A stretch of 64,000 nucleotides of DNA from an uncultured bacterium (GCA_949288485.1 CASEKC010000001.1:166241-230240); one strand, 5' to 3'. Positions 51,274-60,497 are shown, counted from the stretch's first letter. Translations and numbers: made by a program. The notes: generated by a model from the letters alone, not told the origin.

Positions 51274-52078
51274 TACTATCGCTAGTTAATGACATAATAT
51301 TTTCAAATGCAGTAAAGAAGTTATCAGCACTATAACTTTCAAGTTCGCCATTATAAGCAATTGAAATTCTTCCAGTTTCTTCACTAACAACTACTGTTAC
51401 AGCATCGCATATTTCGCTAATTCCAATAGCTGCTCTATGTCTAGAACCATATTTACCAACAAGAGGTTTTGTTGTAGGGGTATAATAAACGCTTGCTGCC
51501 ATTATTTTGTTGTCTTTAATAACTACTGCTCCATCATGAAGTCTTGTTCCTGGATAAAAGATAGTAATTAATACTTCAAAAGAAACAGGACAATTAATAA
51601 TTGTTCCATTTTTTACGATATCTGATAATTTATCTTTTCTTTCAAAAGTAATTAAGGCACCAATTTTATGTTTAGATAAATATAAAACAGTTTCATTGAT
51701 TGTTTTATAAAGTTCATCATGATCAAAAATACGTTCAACTTCACCTTTTTTCTTAGCAATAATCTTATCATTCTTTTTTTGAGAAGATTTATTTGCAATA
51801 AATGTTCGAAGTTCAGCAAGATTTATAAAAAGACCAACGAAAGCAACTAAAAATATAACTAAAAGTGAAAATAATTGTAATCCATCAAAGCATAAAATAT
51901 GAGAAATAAAGAAAATTCCTGATGATATACCTAATGAAATTTGAATTAACTTTCTTTTAACAAAATAATCGACAATGAAATTAATCAATCCTAAAGTTAA
52001 AGCAACAAAAACACAATCTAAAATAGCATTGACTGTCAATTCATCAAAAACTGTTTTAAATTGTAATAAGTTAATCAT
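51266..52078 (-). CDS. cdaA: diadenylate cyclase CdaA (c-di-AMP synthase)
   Basis: N-terminal TM helices are followed by a DAC domain (GALITFE…RLHDGAVVI…GSRHRAAIGISE…TVVVSEETG). Confidence 0.85.
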   Translation of the reverse strand: MINLLQFKTVFDELTVNAILDCVFVALTLGLINFIVDYFVKRKLIQISLGISSGIFFISHILCFDGLQLFSLLVIFLVAFVGLFINLAELRTFIANKSSQKKNDKIIAKKKGEVERIFDHDELYKTINETVLYLSKHKIGALITFERKDKLSDIVKNGTIINCPVSFEVLITIFYPGTRLHDGAVVIKDNKIMAASVYYTPTTKPLVGKYGSRHRAAIGISEICDAVTVVVSEETGRISIAYNGELESYSADNFFTAFENIMSLTSDSSD

Positions 52079-53501
52079 GTTTATTCCCTTCTTTCTTTAA
52101 AATTTCTCTTGCAATATAAACACCATTTGCACCAGCTTGAGCTAAGCCTCTTGTAATTCCCGCTCCATCTCCACCAACATATAATCCATGAATAGCGGTT
52201 TCAAAATTATTATCACATTCTATTCGATCACTATAGAATTTAGCTTCAACACCATAAAGCAATGTGCTTCCTCCGGCAATACCGGGAGTAACATGATCTA
52301 ATGCTTCAAGCATTTCAATAATTGATTGCATAGTTTTATAAGGTAAGACAAGAGCTAAATCACCAGGAACTGCTTCTTTTAATGTCGGAATAACGAAATT
52401 ATCATTAATTCTTTTATATGTTGAACGTCTTCCTTTAATAATATCGCTATATCTTTGCACAATAACGGAACCATTTGATAGTTTATTAGCTAAAGAGGCA
52501 ACCTCATAAGCATATCCATTCGCATCTTTAAATGGCTCAGTAAATTTATGCGAAACTAAAATAGCAAAGTTAGTATTTTCGCTTTTTAATGATGGGTCAC
52601 TATAAGCATGACCATTAGCAACCATAATTCCATTATTATTTTCAATAACAACATGTCCCGAAGGATTTGAGCAGAATGTTCTACACGTTGTTCCTACAGT
52701 TGTTTTGAAAATAAATTTTCCTTCATATAAATATTTATTGATATCCGTCATAATAACATCATTAGTTTCAACTCTAACTCCAATATCAACTCTATTAGAA
52801 GAAACTTTTAATCCATGTTTACTTAAAACACTACTTAGCCAACTTGAGCCAGGCCTTCCAACTCCAAAAACAACATATTTAGAGAAATATTCATTTCCTT
52901 TAGAGTCGATAATACCTTTAATTTCGTTATTTTCGCCTACGATAATATCAGTAACATCGCAAACAAACTTCATATCAATATTCTTTTTAAGTTCTTCAAA
53001 AATAGAAGCCAAAAGTTTTAAATTAACTTCTGTGCCTAAATGTCTAACTTGACTTCTTAAAAGTTTTAAACCAACAGCAATACCTTTTCTCTCGATATCT
53101 AAAACTTCTTTTGTTGAAGGATCAGTAATAAATGTAGGCGCGCCATGATCTAAATTTATCTTATCAACATATTGAATTAAATCTAAAATTTGTTCTTTAG
53201 ATAAATATTCATTAAGCCATCCGCCAAATTCACTTGTAATATTAAATTTACCATCACTATATGCACCACAACCTCCAAATCCATGGGTCATTGAACAAGC
53301 TGGGTAACACCCACTATTCCCGTAAATATCAGAAGGACATTGTTTGACTTTCCCATTTAATATTGGACAAGTGCGGTGATAAATGTCATTACCTTTATCA
53401 ACTAATAATATTTTCAAAGAAGGATTATTCTTAACAAGTTCATATGAAGCATAAATTCCACATGGACCTGCTCCAACTAAAATTACATCATATTTATTCA
53501 T
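52071..53501 (-). CDS. FAD-dependent oxidoreductase (COG2509/HI0933-like family)
   Basis: An N-terminal FAD dinucleotide-binding motif DVILVGAGPCG and a C-terminal GLYVGGDGAG motif are present. Confidence 0.7.
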   Translation of the reverse strand: MNKYDVILVGAGPCGIYASYELVKNNPSLKILLVDKGNDIYHRTCPILNGKVKQCPSDIYGNSGCYPACSMTHGFGGCGAYSDGKFNITSEFGGWLNEYLSKEQILDLIQYVDKINLDHGAPTFITDPSTKEVLDIERKGIAVGLKLLRSQVRHLGTEVNLKLLASIFEELKKNIDMKFVCDVTDIIVGENNEIKGIIDSKGNEYFSKYVVFGVGRPGSSWLSSVLSKHGLKVSSNRVDIGVRVETNDVIMTDINKYLYEGKFIFKTTVGTTCRTFCSNPSGHVVIENNNGIMVANGHAYSDPSLKSENTNFAILVSHKFTEPFKDANGYAYEVASLANKLSNGSVIVQRYSDIIKGRRSTYKRINDNFVIPTLKEAVPGDLALVLPYKTMQSIIEMLEALDHVTPGIAGGSTLLYGVEAKFYSDRIECDNNFETAIHGLYVGGDGAGITRGLAQAGANGVYIAREILKKEGNKHD

Positions 53502-53550
53502 ACAAATAAATTATAGGTTAAAAGGGCTATTTTTTTAAGTTTTTTTTACT

Positions 53551-53582
53551 ATTTTTTCACTTCAGCATTTTTTCACTTCAGC
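53551..53582. repeat. tandem direct repeat of 2 x 16 bp (ATTTTTTCACTTCAGC)
   Basis: Two perfect contiguous copies lie 50-80 bp upstream of the FAD-oxidoreductase start and just downstream of the lipoprotein gene stop. Confidence 0.7.
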
Positions 53583-53637
53583 CTATTTATGAAACTAAAG
53601 AATTCTCAATAATATTGATACATTTTAAAAAAATATT

Positions 53638-54708
53638 TTATAAACTATAAGAAGTATTATATACAAAACTAGTAACAGGGTTATTTCCAATTACTGAACC
53701 ACTTGCTTCCATTATTTCAATAGTTGAAGTCATATCCACAATAAAAGGCGCTGCTTCTTCTTCGATTGGTTGTTCTATAAAATTAAATAATTTAAAACAA
53801 TTAAAAGGTTCAGAATTTTGGCTAACATATGGTTCATTATTACTATATGGATTTAAAAAAGTAACTTCGTTATATCCATAAGTAAGAAAATCGCTCCAAT
53901 ATTTAAACTCTACACAACCTGGATACATATAATGGCTACCTTCGATATAACAAGAATTATTATGAGTTAATCCACAATCTAAATAAAAATTAAATTGTTC
54001 TTCTGGATCTTCTCCATCATCATTCCCATAAGGAAGAACATCCCGTAAATTAAGGTTTTCTTTTGAAAAAAATACTTCGTTTTTAAAATGTTTATATCTT
54101 AACTTTTTATTATTTTGATTTAAAAAAATTTTATAAATATCTCCTAAAGCATAATCTTTAGTATCTTCGTATGTTTTTACAATATTTCCAAAACAATTAC
54201 TTATTATTCTCCCAAAATTATTATTATTTTTATCTAATGATATTAAGTTCCTTTTTGAAAAAACTTTTTCCCGGTTTCCAATAAAATTCATTGTAACAGG
54301 ACCATTTAATAAATAAGGATCATGCGGATTCGTAATTTCTTCAATTAATTCATCTAAAGAAGTTGCAGACATTTCATCACTTCCAAAAAAGGATCCGTTT
54401 TTAATCACACCATTTTCAATATATTTAAAGGTTCCTAGTTCTTCTAAATATATATAATTTTCATTATTTTTACTAAAACTATTCTCCTTTTTATCATTAA
54501 ATAGAAAACAATCATCATTAAAAAAAATTTCATATCCTTCTTTATCAAGCGAACCAAAAGTTTTTGATTCATATAAATTATATTTTTTTATTAATTCATC
54601 AAACGTGAATTCATTTGTTTCTAAATTTGGGGTTGAACTACAACCTGTTAGATATAAAGAAATGAGTAAAAATAAAAATTTATTTAATATTTTTCTTTTC
54701 ATAAACAA
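53638..54708 (-). CDS. lipoprotein, unknown function
   Basis: A signal peptide with lipobox LTGC (MFMKRKILNKFLFLLISLYLTGCSS) is present. Its start overlaps the upstream XRE gene by 29 nt. Confidence 0.6.
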   Translation of the reverse strand: MFMKRKILNKFLFLLISLYLTGCSSTPNLETNEFTFDELIKKYNLYESKTFGSLDKEGYEIFFNDDCFLFNDKKENSFSKNNENYIYLEELGTFKYIENGVIKNGSFFGSDEMSATSLDELIEEITNPHDPYLLNGPVTMNFIGNREKVFSKRNLISLDKNNNNFGRIISNCFGNIVKTYEDTKDYALGDIYKIFLNQNNKKLRYKHFKNEVFFSKENLNLRDVLPYGNDDGEDPEEQFNFYLDCGLTHNNSCYIEGSHYMYPGCVEFKYWSDFLTYGYNEVTFLNPYSNNEPYVSQNSEPFNCFKLFNFIEQPIEEEAAPFIVDMTSTIEIMEASGSVIGNNPVTSFVYNTSYSL

Positions 54709-55186
54709 CCGTCCTTATTAAAAGTCCTAAAAATACAAAAAAAGCTATAAAAAAAAGAATAAAGAAAACTTTAAAAATAATTAATTCTAGAGTTTTCCAG
54801 CTAATATACCACCATAAAACTTCTAAAGATTGATATTCTTTCACATAAATAGGATTATAAATTGAATATATTATTTCGAATATTAATACTGCAAAACTTA
54901 AAAGACATCCGCTCAAAAATGAATATGAAATTATTTTAATTCGAACTAACTCTTTATCCTTATTAAAATTAGATTTTAAGGCTTCCCCAATAAATTCTTC
55001 ATATGAAACATTAAACGTTGTTAATATTCTATTTAAAATATAAATATCGATTGTTCTACTACCTTTTTCATATCGGCATAAAGAGCTTCTTGATATGCCA
55101 AGTTTATCAGCCAAAGCTTCTTGAGAAAGATTATTTTTTATTCGTAATTCTGTGATTTTATGACCGATAATTTCATTTGTTAGCAT
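54680..55186 (-). CDS. XRE-family HTH regulator with C-terminal transmembrane segments
   Basis: An N-terminal Cro/C1-type HTH (LRIKNNLSQEALADKLGISRSSLCRYEKG) is followed by 2-3 TM helices. Confidence 0.65.
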   Translation of the reverse strand: MLTNEIIGHKITELRIKNNLSQEALADKLGISRSSLCRYEKGSRTIDIYILNRILTTFNVSYEEFIGEALKSNFNKDKELVRIKIISYSFLSGCLLSFAVLIFEIIYSIYNPIYVKEYQSLEVLWWYISWKTLELIIFKVFFILFFIAFFVFLGLLIRTVVYEKKNIK

Positions 55187-55352
55187 ATTTCTATTTTAAT
55201 GAAGAAATACATTTTTTCAATGATCTTTATCTAACTAATTTGAATTTCCATTTGGACACAAATAAAATCAAAAAAAGTGACAAATAGGTACATCACAAAA
55301 TTAAAAAATAATGATAATTTGAAAATGTAATATATTTCAAGGGGGACATAAT

Positions 55353-56132
55353 ATGTTTACAAAAATCGGCATTATTGCTTCCGCTGTTTTGAGCATTTCT
55401 ACTTTAAGTCAAAATGTTATCAACAAAAAATTAGAGGCAACTTCAAACGAGATTAATAAAGCCGAAAACGAAATTATTTCACAAAACTATTCTGGCTTTG
55501 ATACTGATGATTATGAAGATGAAATTAAAACAAACTTAATTAGTTATTATGAAAATCATACTTCATATGTTTCTCCAGTCGTTTTAAAACAACTAAAAAA
55601 TTATTTATATGATAATGATTATAGTTTTATCAAATATGATTCAATCTCGCCAAATTCTATAGGTAATCGTTTAGATTTAATGTTTGATAAATTTGACGGA
55701 GGCGGAGGCGGTTCTTCTTCACAAACTTTAAAGCCAATTTCAGGTTATACCACATCAAATATTTCGGCAAATTAAACTTCAAGTATTAATGGCAAGGTTT
55801 TTGTCGGATTTACTTTAACTAAAGAAAGTGCAGTTGCTTTTTATAATTCAGTCTATTCAATATTTAATACCGTAACCGATATCTATTCTAATATAAGCGA
55901 ATCATTACCATATTTTCTTGAGGTTGCTGTTACATCAATAGCATCTAAACTTAACTTGTTAATTGCAGCGTTACCTACCGCTTTAAAGGTCATCGTTGCT
56001 GTGGTTGCAGTTGGTTTAGCATTAATTGTTGCTATAATTGCATGGTTTGGATATCATGAAAAAGGATTCTATATTGGTTTATTAAGAAACGGCTTCTTAA
56101 ATTGGACTTTTGAATGTGGCACAATAGAATAA
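55353..56132 (+). pseudogene. secreted/membrane-anchored protein gene interrupted by one in-frame TAA (55773-55775)
   Basis: ORF 55353-55775 has an N-terminal signal-like segment and a GGGGGSSS linker. In the same reading frame it continues after the TAA for 118 more codons to a TAA at 56130. The continuation has no ATG and ends in a C-terminal TM anchor (ALKVIVAVVAVGLALIVAIIAWFGY). Confidence 0.45.
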
Positions 56133-56144
56133 AGGTGATTATTT

Positions 56145-57074
56145 ATGAAACTTAAAAATTATCATCTAAGAAATATTGTTTTTATAATTATATTATTAGA
56201 TTTATTTACATTATTTAATTCAATTGTTCCTTTTTATTATCTTGACGCGGCAAGATTATTAATTTATTTATTTCAATTTTTAATAATATTAACATTAGCA
56301 AGACATTTTTATTTCTATATTAAAATAAATAATAAGATGCATTTATTAAAAGATAATTATTTTAAATTATTTTTAATATTATCTATTATACTTTTTAGCT
56401 ATGTAATAATTATAAATACTATTCTTTCTTTTATCTTAAAAGGAGGATTTAATCTTTTAGCGGTTTTAATTAATTTATTACTTCTTTTAATACATAATAT
56501 CTTTTTCTTATATTTCTATAAGAATAAGATATATAATGTAAATACTGAAGAATTTAATTTTCTAATTTTAAGAAATTCCTTTAAAAATGATAATGATGAA
56601 TATAATTTAAATCATCTTAAAGAAATAAGATTAATTAGGTTAATCTCTTCTTTATTCCCATTTATATTTTCTTTTGTTATAACTTTTATTATTTTAGCAG
56701 TTGAAATAAATACTTCAATTTTAAGTTTAACTATTATTGGTTCAATTTCTTTTTTATTTCTTATTGGATTATTTATTTTTAATTTTATTTATAATGAAAA
56801 ACATCAAATATTTAAAAGATCTAAATTAATTATATCTTATATTGTTAAAGCTCTTCTTTTAGCTCTTTTAATCTTAATAACTTTTTACTATAAAGAAAAT
56901 TACTTATCTGAAGCACTTGTTTCAATAGAAAATAATAATGAATTTTATCTATTTACATCTTTATTTGCATTAGCTTTTGCTCTTGTTTATCAATTATTTA
57001 ATTATGTATTATCTTCAATGAATTATTATGATGAATCATATATAAGGTATTTAATTAGAAACAACAAAAAATAA
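56145..57074 (+). CDS. polytopic membrane protein, very AT-rich and Ile/Leu/Phe/Asn-rich
   Basis: 309 aa with 7 or more TM helices. It starts 12 bp after the interrupted gene and has no recognisable family motif. Confidence 0.45.
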   Translation: MKLKNYHLRNIVFIIILLDLFTLFNSIVPFYYLDAARLLIYLFQFLIILTLARHFYFYIKINNKMHLLKDNYFKLFLILSIILFSYVIIINTILSFILKGGFNLLAVLINLLLLLIHNIFFLYFYKNKIYNVNTEEFNFLILRNSFKNDNDEYNLNHLKEIRLIRLISSLFPFIFSFVITFIILAVEINTSILSLTIIGSISFLFLIGLFIFNFIYNEKHQIFKRSKLIISYIVKALLLALLILITFYYKENYLSEALVSIENNNEFYLFTSLFALAFALVYQLFNYVLSSMNYYDESYIRYLIRNNKK

Positions 57075-57305
57075 TCTTCTTTATAAATAAATAAAATTTT
57101 AATGAATATAAATTCGATGATTATTTATCTTTTTTTAACAAAGTTATATGACAAATATTTAAATAAGTAATAAATTAACTAGCTATATCTTTTATAAAAA
57201 AAGCATCAGCTTCTTTTAAAAATAAAAAAATAAGTTTACTTTATTTATTATTTCTTTTTTATCATCGATTTATTTATTAATTATTAATTTTTACTAATTT
57301 TAATT

Positions 57306-57554
57306 ATGGAAGTTAGTTACTTAACAATTAATAATTCTTTAGATTTTACTATTTTGAAAGATTTTAATTATTATTCTTTAATTTTCGTTATTTTAATTAT
57401 ATTTATTTATATTATTAAATGTTTATTAATAATAAACTTATTATTAGTTAAAAAGAACGAATTATTTAATAAAAAATTTTGGGTGATTTTTAAAGAAACT
57501 TTGACTAAGATGTGGTATATTAATTTAGTGATTTATGGAATTTTCAAAATATAA
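57306..57554 (+). CDS. possible small single-TM protein
   Basis: 82 aa with one TM helix. It overlaps the start of the SpoU gene by 20 nt and could be a spurious AT-rich ORF. Confidence 0.2.
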   Translation: MEVSYLTINNSLDFTILKDFNYYSLIFVILIIFIYIIKCLLIINLLLVKKNELFNKKFWVIFKETLTKMWYINLVIYGIFKI

Positions 57555-58275
57555 AAAAATATACGATTACTCATATACTTTAGGAGCCTTCCCAACAATA
57601 GAACTTATCAACAATAAACCCGAAAATGTTTTAAAAATTTTAATTCATTCTTCTTTTAAAAACGAAGAAGTATTAAACAATATTTTTATAAAATTACCTA
57701 AAGAAAAAGTTGAAATCACTTCTTCTAATAAAATTTTTAATATTTTAAGCGATAAAGAAAATGTTTTTATCATAGGTTTTTTTAAAAAATATCATACAAA
57801 TTTAGATAATAATGATGACCATATATTATTAGATAATCCTTCAAATATGGGAAATCTAGGAACAATGATACGTTCATCTCTTGGTTTTAACATTAAAAAT
57901 ATTGCAATTATTACACCAGGTGTTGATTATTTTGATCCAAAAGTTATCCGTTCATCAATGGGATCTATTTTTAGTGTAAATATAGAATATTTTAATTCAT
58001 TAAAAGAATATAAAGAAAAATATAAAAATCACATTATTTATTCTTTTATGTTACAAACTGATAAATATTTGGATAACTATAAATTTAATTTTAAAAAAGA
58101 CTTATATTCAACACTTGCTTTTGGAAACGAAGCAACAGGTTTAAATTATGATTTATATAAAAATGAAAATCCTATAAAAATTAACATTTCTTCAAAAATA
58201 GATTCTTTAAATATTACTAACGCATTAACAATCGCAACTTATGAGTTCGATAAACAAAAAAGGAATAATAAATAA
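57535..58275 (+). CDS. SpoU/TrmH-family RNA 2'-O-methyltransferase with N-terminal L30e-like domain (RlmB/Tsr-type architecture), accessory copy
   Basis: SpoU motifs 1-3 are present (NMGNLGTMIRSSLGF; LAFGNEATGLN; INISSKIDSLNITNALTIATYEF) with an N-terminal ~70-aa substrate-binding-like domain. Confidence 0.7.
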   Translation: MEFSKYKKIYDYSYTLGAFPTIELINNKPENVLKILIHSSFKNEEVLNNIFIKLPKEKVEITSSNKIFNILSDKENVFIIGFFKKYHTNLDNNDDHILLDNPSNMGNLGTMIRSSLGFNIKNIAIITPGVDYFDPKVIRSSMGSIFSVNIEYFNSLKEYKEKYKNHIIYSFMLQTDKYLDNYKFNFKKDLYSTLAFGNEATGLNYDLYKNENPIKINISSKIDSLNITNALTIATYEFDKQKRNNK

Positions 58276-58278
58276 ATT

Positions 58279-59082
58279 ATGAAGTTTGTTAACGAAAAAA
58301 AGGTTTATTCAATGTTTGAAGTTACAAAAGCTTCATCTTTTTCTAGAAATTTTCTTTTAGAATTAGAAGAAAATAATTTAATCGAGCCTTATTTTAAAGA
58401 CAAAAATACATCGTATCGATATTATGATGAAACAATTTTTATTAAATTAAATGAAATTAAAACTTTATTAAATGCTGGATTAAGTAAAAACGAAATAAAA
58501 GAATACTATATAAATAACGATTTAGATGATGAGTCATTATTAAAAAAAGAAAATAAAGAAAAAATTATCCGATCATTAAAAAATAAAAAAGATGATATTG
58601 ATACATCTTTGCTCTTTTTATCATCCTTAGTTAATAAAACTTATAAAAAGAAAATGGATGAAATTGTTTATTATTATGAAGAAAGAAACATTAATAATGT
58701 TAATCTTATTTCTCCATTATTAAAAGAAATCTATATACATGCTTTAGCAAAAAATTATTGTTTCTCTTCTTTTCCACCATTCGTTTTATTCCCTAAAACA
58801 TTATTAAACGATGAAAACAATGATATTTTTTCAAACGGAACTAACTATATAAAGGTAAAAATTTGTATACCTTTAATTAGAAAATATGATGAAAAAAATA
58901 TTGAATCTCTACAAAAAAATATCTCTTTAATTTATGAAATTAACAAAACTTCTTTTTTAAATGCGTTTAAAAATTTTCAAAATATTGTTAAAAATAATCC
59001 TTCAAACGATTTTTTATATCTTTTCTTTTTAAATAATGAAAAATTAAAAATTCATAAATTTATCATGCCTATAAATATCTAA
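58279..59082 (+). CDS. MerR-family HTH regulator with a ~190-aa C-terminal putative ligand-binding domain
   Basis: An N-terminal MerR HTH (YSMFEVTKASSFSRNFLLELEENNLIEPYFKDKNTSYRYYDETIFIKLNEIKTLLNAGLSKNEIKEY) is present. The start is 4 nt after the SpoU stop. Confidence 0.6.
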   Translation: MKFVNEKKVYSMFEVTKASSFSRNFLLELEENNLIEPYFKDKNTSYRYYDETIFIKLNEIKTLLNAGLSKNEIKEYYINNDLDDESLLKKENKEKIIRSLKNKKDDIDTSLLFLSSLVNKTYKKKMDEIVYYYEERNINNVNLISPLLKEIYIHALAKNYCFSSFPPFVLFPKTLLNDENNDIFSNGTNYIKVKICIPLIRKYDEKNIESLQKNISLIYEINKTSFLNAFKNFQNIVKNNPSNDFLYLFFLNNEKLKIHKFIMPINI

Positions 59083-59161
59083 ATAATAAATTTAATTTGA
59101 TTTTCTTTTTTTATTTCTTCTATGATTATTAAACTTAATTTTAATATCAGGAGGAAAAAAG

Positions 59162-60325
59162 ATGAACGATATCGCAAATATTTCATTATTAGAGAACTTG
59201 GTCTTAGATAAACTTATACCAGTTACTGATGAAGAAGGGAATATCCTTTTCTTTACTTTAAAAAGAAAAAAAGAAAATAGAGAGAATATTTCTTTTACCT
59301 CAAATTCTTTTACTAATCAAAGTCAAACAAATAACTTTAACATTTTTATATCTTCTAATAGTTTTACTCCAAATAAAATAGAAAAGAAAATTGATGAATC
59401 TATTAAAAATATTTCTTCATTTAAAATTCGCTATTTAAATTATAAACGCACAGATTATTCAGAAACTTATTTATATACTATTGATAATAAAATTGATATT
59501 TATATTATTCCTTCATTTAATAATTTAACTGAAAATTTATTTTCTTTAAATTTTGTTGAAAGATTTAGAAAACTTGTTCAGCTTAAAGATTATGAGACTA
59601 AATATAAAAATTCAGTTCTTTATATATTAAAAGATATGATTAATTATGCTCGAAAAATTAATATTATTAATAGTGAAGAAAGAGATAACTTAATTGAATT
59701 TGTTAAACCATTTAAAGAAGTAAAAATTAATTATTATAAGCCAATAAGAAATCGCTATACTTCATATAAAGATTTTTTAAAACTTATAACAAATATCGAT
59801 GATTATAACGATAAAGTTTTATTTCGTTTATTATATTTTTCAGGGTTAAGAATCGGAGAATTTTTAGGAGTTCAAATAAAAGATATTCGTTTTAAGAAAA
59901 ATATTGCATATGTTCATATTTATAAACAAAAATTATCAATGAATGGAACCATTACAAAAAGATTAAAAAACCTTTCTTCTTATAAAGTAATCATATATAC
60001 ACATGAAAATTGTGAAATTTTAAAAGAATATATTTCTAGAAACATTTTAAAAGGTGAAGATTTTTTATTTGATACATATCGAGTAAAAATACAACGAAAA
60101 CTTGATAGATATCTAAAAAAAGCAAAACTAAAACACAATTCATTACATGGTTTTGGAAGAAAATCAATCAATACAGAACTTTATAAAATTGGTGCTGATA
60201 GTAAAGTTAGAACTACTCTTCTTGGACAAACTTCTACTCAAATCAATGAACAAAATTATATTGATAAAGAGGTTGCTTTAAAAAAAGCGATTAGATTTTT
60301 AGATGATATTCCTAATCAAATATAA
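59162..60325 (+). CDS. int: tyrosine recombinase / phage-type integrase
   Basis: The C-terminal catalytic domain carries box I Arg (LLYFSGLRIGEFLGVQIKDIRF), an HxxR box (HSLHGFGRKS) and a C-terminal Tyr region (LLGQTSTQINEQNYID). The N-terminal SAM-like domain is AT-rich. Confidence 0.8.
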   Translation: MNDIANISLLENLVLDKLIPVTDEEGNILFFTLKRKKENRENISFTSNSFTNQSQTNNFNIFISSNSFTPNKIEKKIDESIKNISSFKIRYLNYKRTDYSETYLYTIDNKIDIYIIPSFNNLTENLFSLNFVERFRKLVQLKDYETKYKNSVLYILKDMINYARKINIINSEERDNLIEFVKPFKEVKINYYKPIRNRYTSYKDFLKLITNIDDYNDKVLFRLLYFSGLRIGEFLGVQIKDIRFKKNIAYVHIYKQKLSMNGTITKRLKNLSSYKVIIYTHENCEILKEYISRNILKGEDFLFDTYRVKIQRKLDRYLKKAKLKHNSLHGFGRKSINTELYKIGADSKVRTTLLGQTSTQINEQNYIDKEVALKKAIRFLDDIPNQI

Positions 60326-60371
60326 ATAAAATAAAAAAATTATATCAAATTTATGATATAATTTTTTATGT

Positions 60372-60445
60372 GCCTCATTAGTTCAGTGGCAGAACACCAG
60401 CTTCCCAAGCTGGCTACACGGGTTCGATTCCCGCATGGGGCTCCA
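60372..60445 (+). tRNA. tRNA-Gly (anticodon CCC)
   Basis: The cloverleaf was folded by hand: acceptor GCCTCAT/ATGGGGC with one G-U pair, D-arm GTTC/GAAC, anticodon stem CCAGC/GCTGG with loop TTCCCAA, T-loop TTCGATT, discriminator U and an encoded CCA. It closely resembles Firmicutes tRNA-Gly. Confidence 0.85.
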
Positions 60446-60463
60446 TTAATCGTGAAAAATATC

Positions 60464-60497
60464 TAAACACACCTTTATTAGGTGTTTAAGTTTTTTT
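60464..60497 (+). terminator. terminator after tRNA-Gly
   Basis: aaACACCtttattaGGTGTttaagttttttt. Confidence 0.45.

Noticed and set aside
52705-53052. A 115-aa + strand ORF
   Set aside because: It is antisense inside the FAD-oxidoreductase gene.
59980-60171. A 63-aa minus-strand ORF inside the integrase gene
   Set aside because: It is antisense to the integrase catalytic domain.
60372-60445. att-site duplication of the tRNA-Gly ends flanking the island
   Set aside because: I looked for copies of the 5' (GCCTCATTAGTTCAGTGG) and 3' (GGTTCGATTCCCGCATGGGGC) ends in 53.5-62.1 kb and saw none. Only a 7-nt CAGCTTC coincidence near 57215 was found. The island boundaries therefore remain unproven and a computational search is needed.
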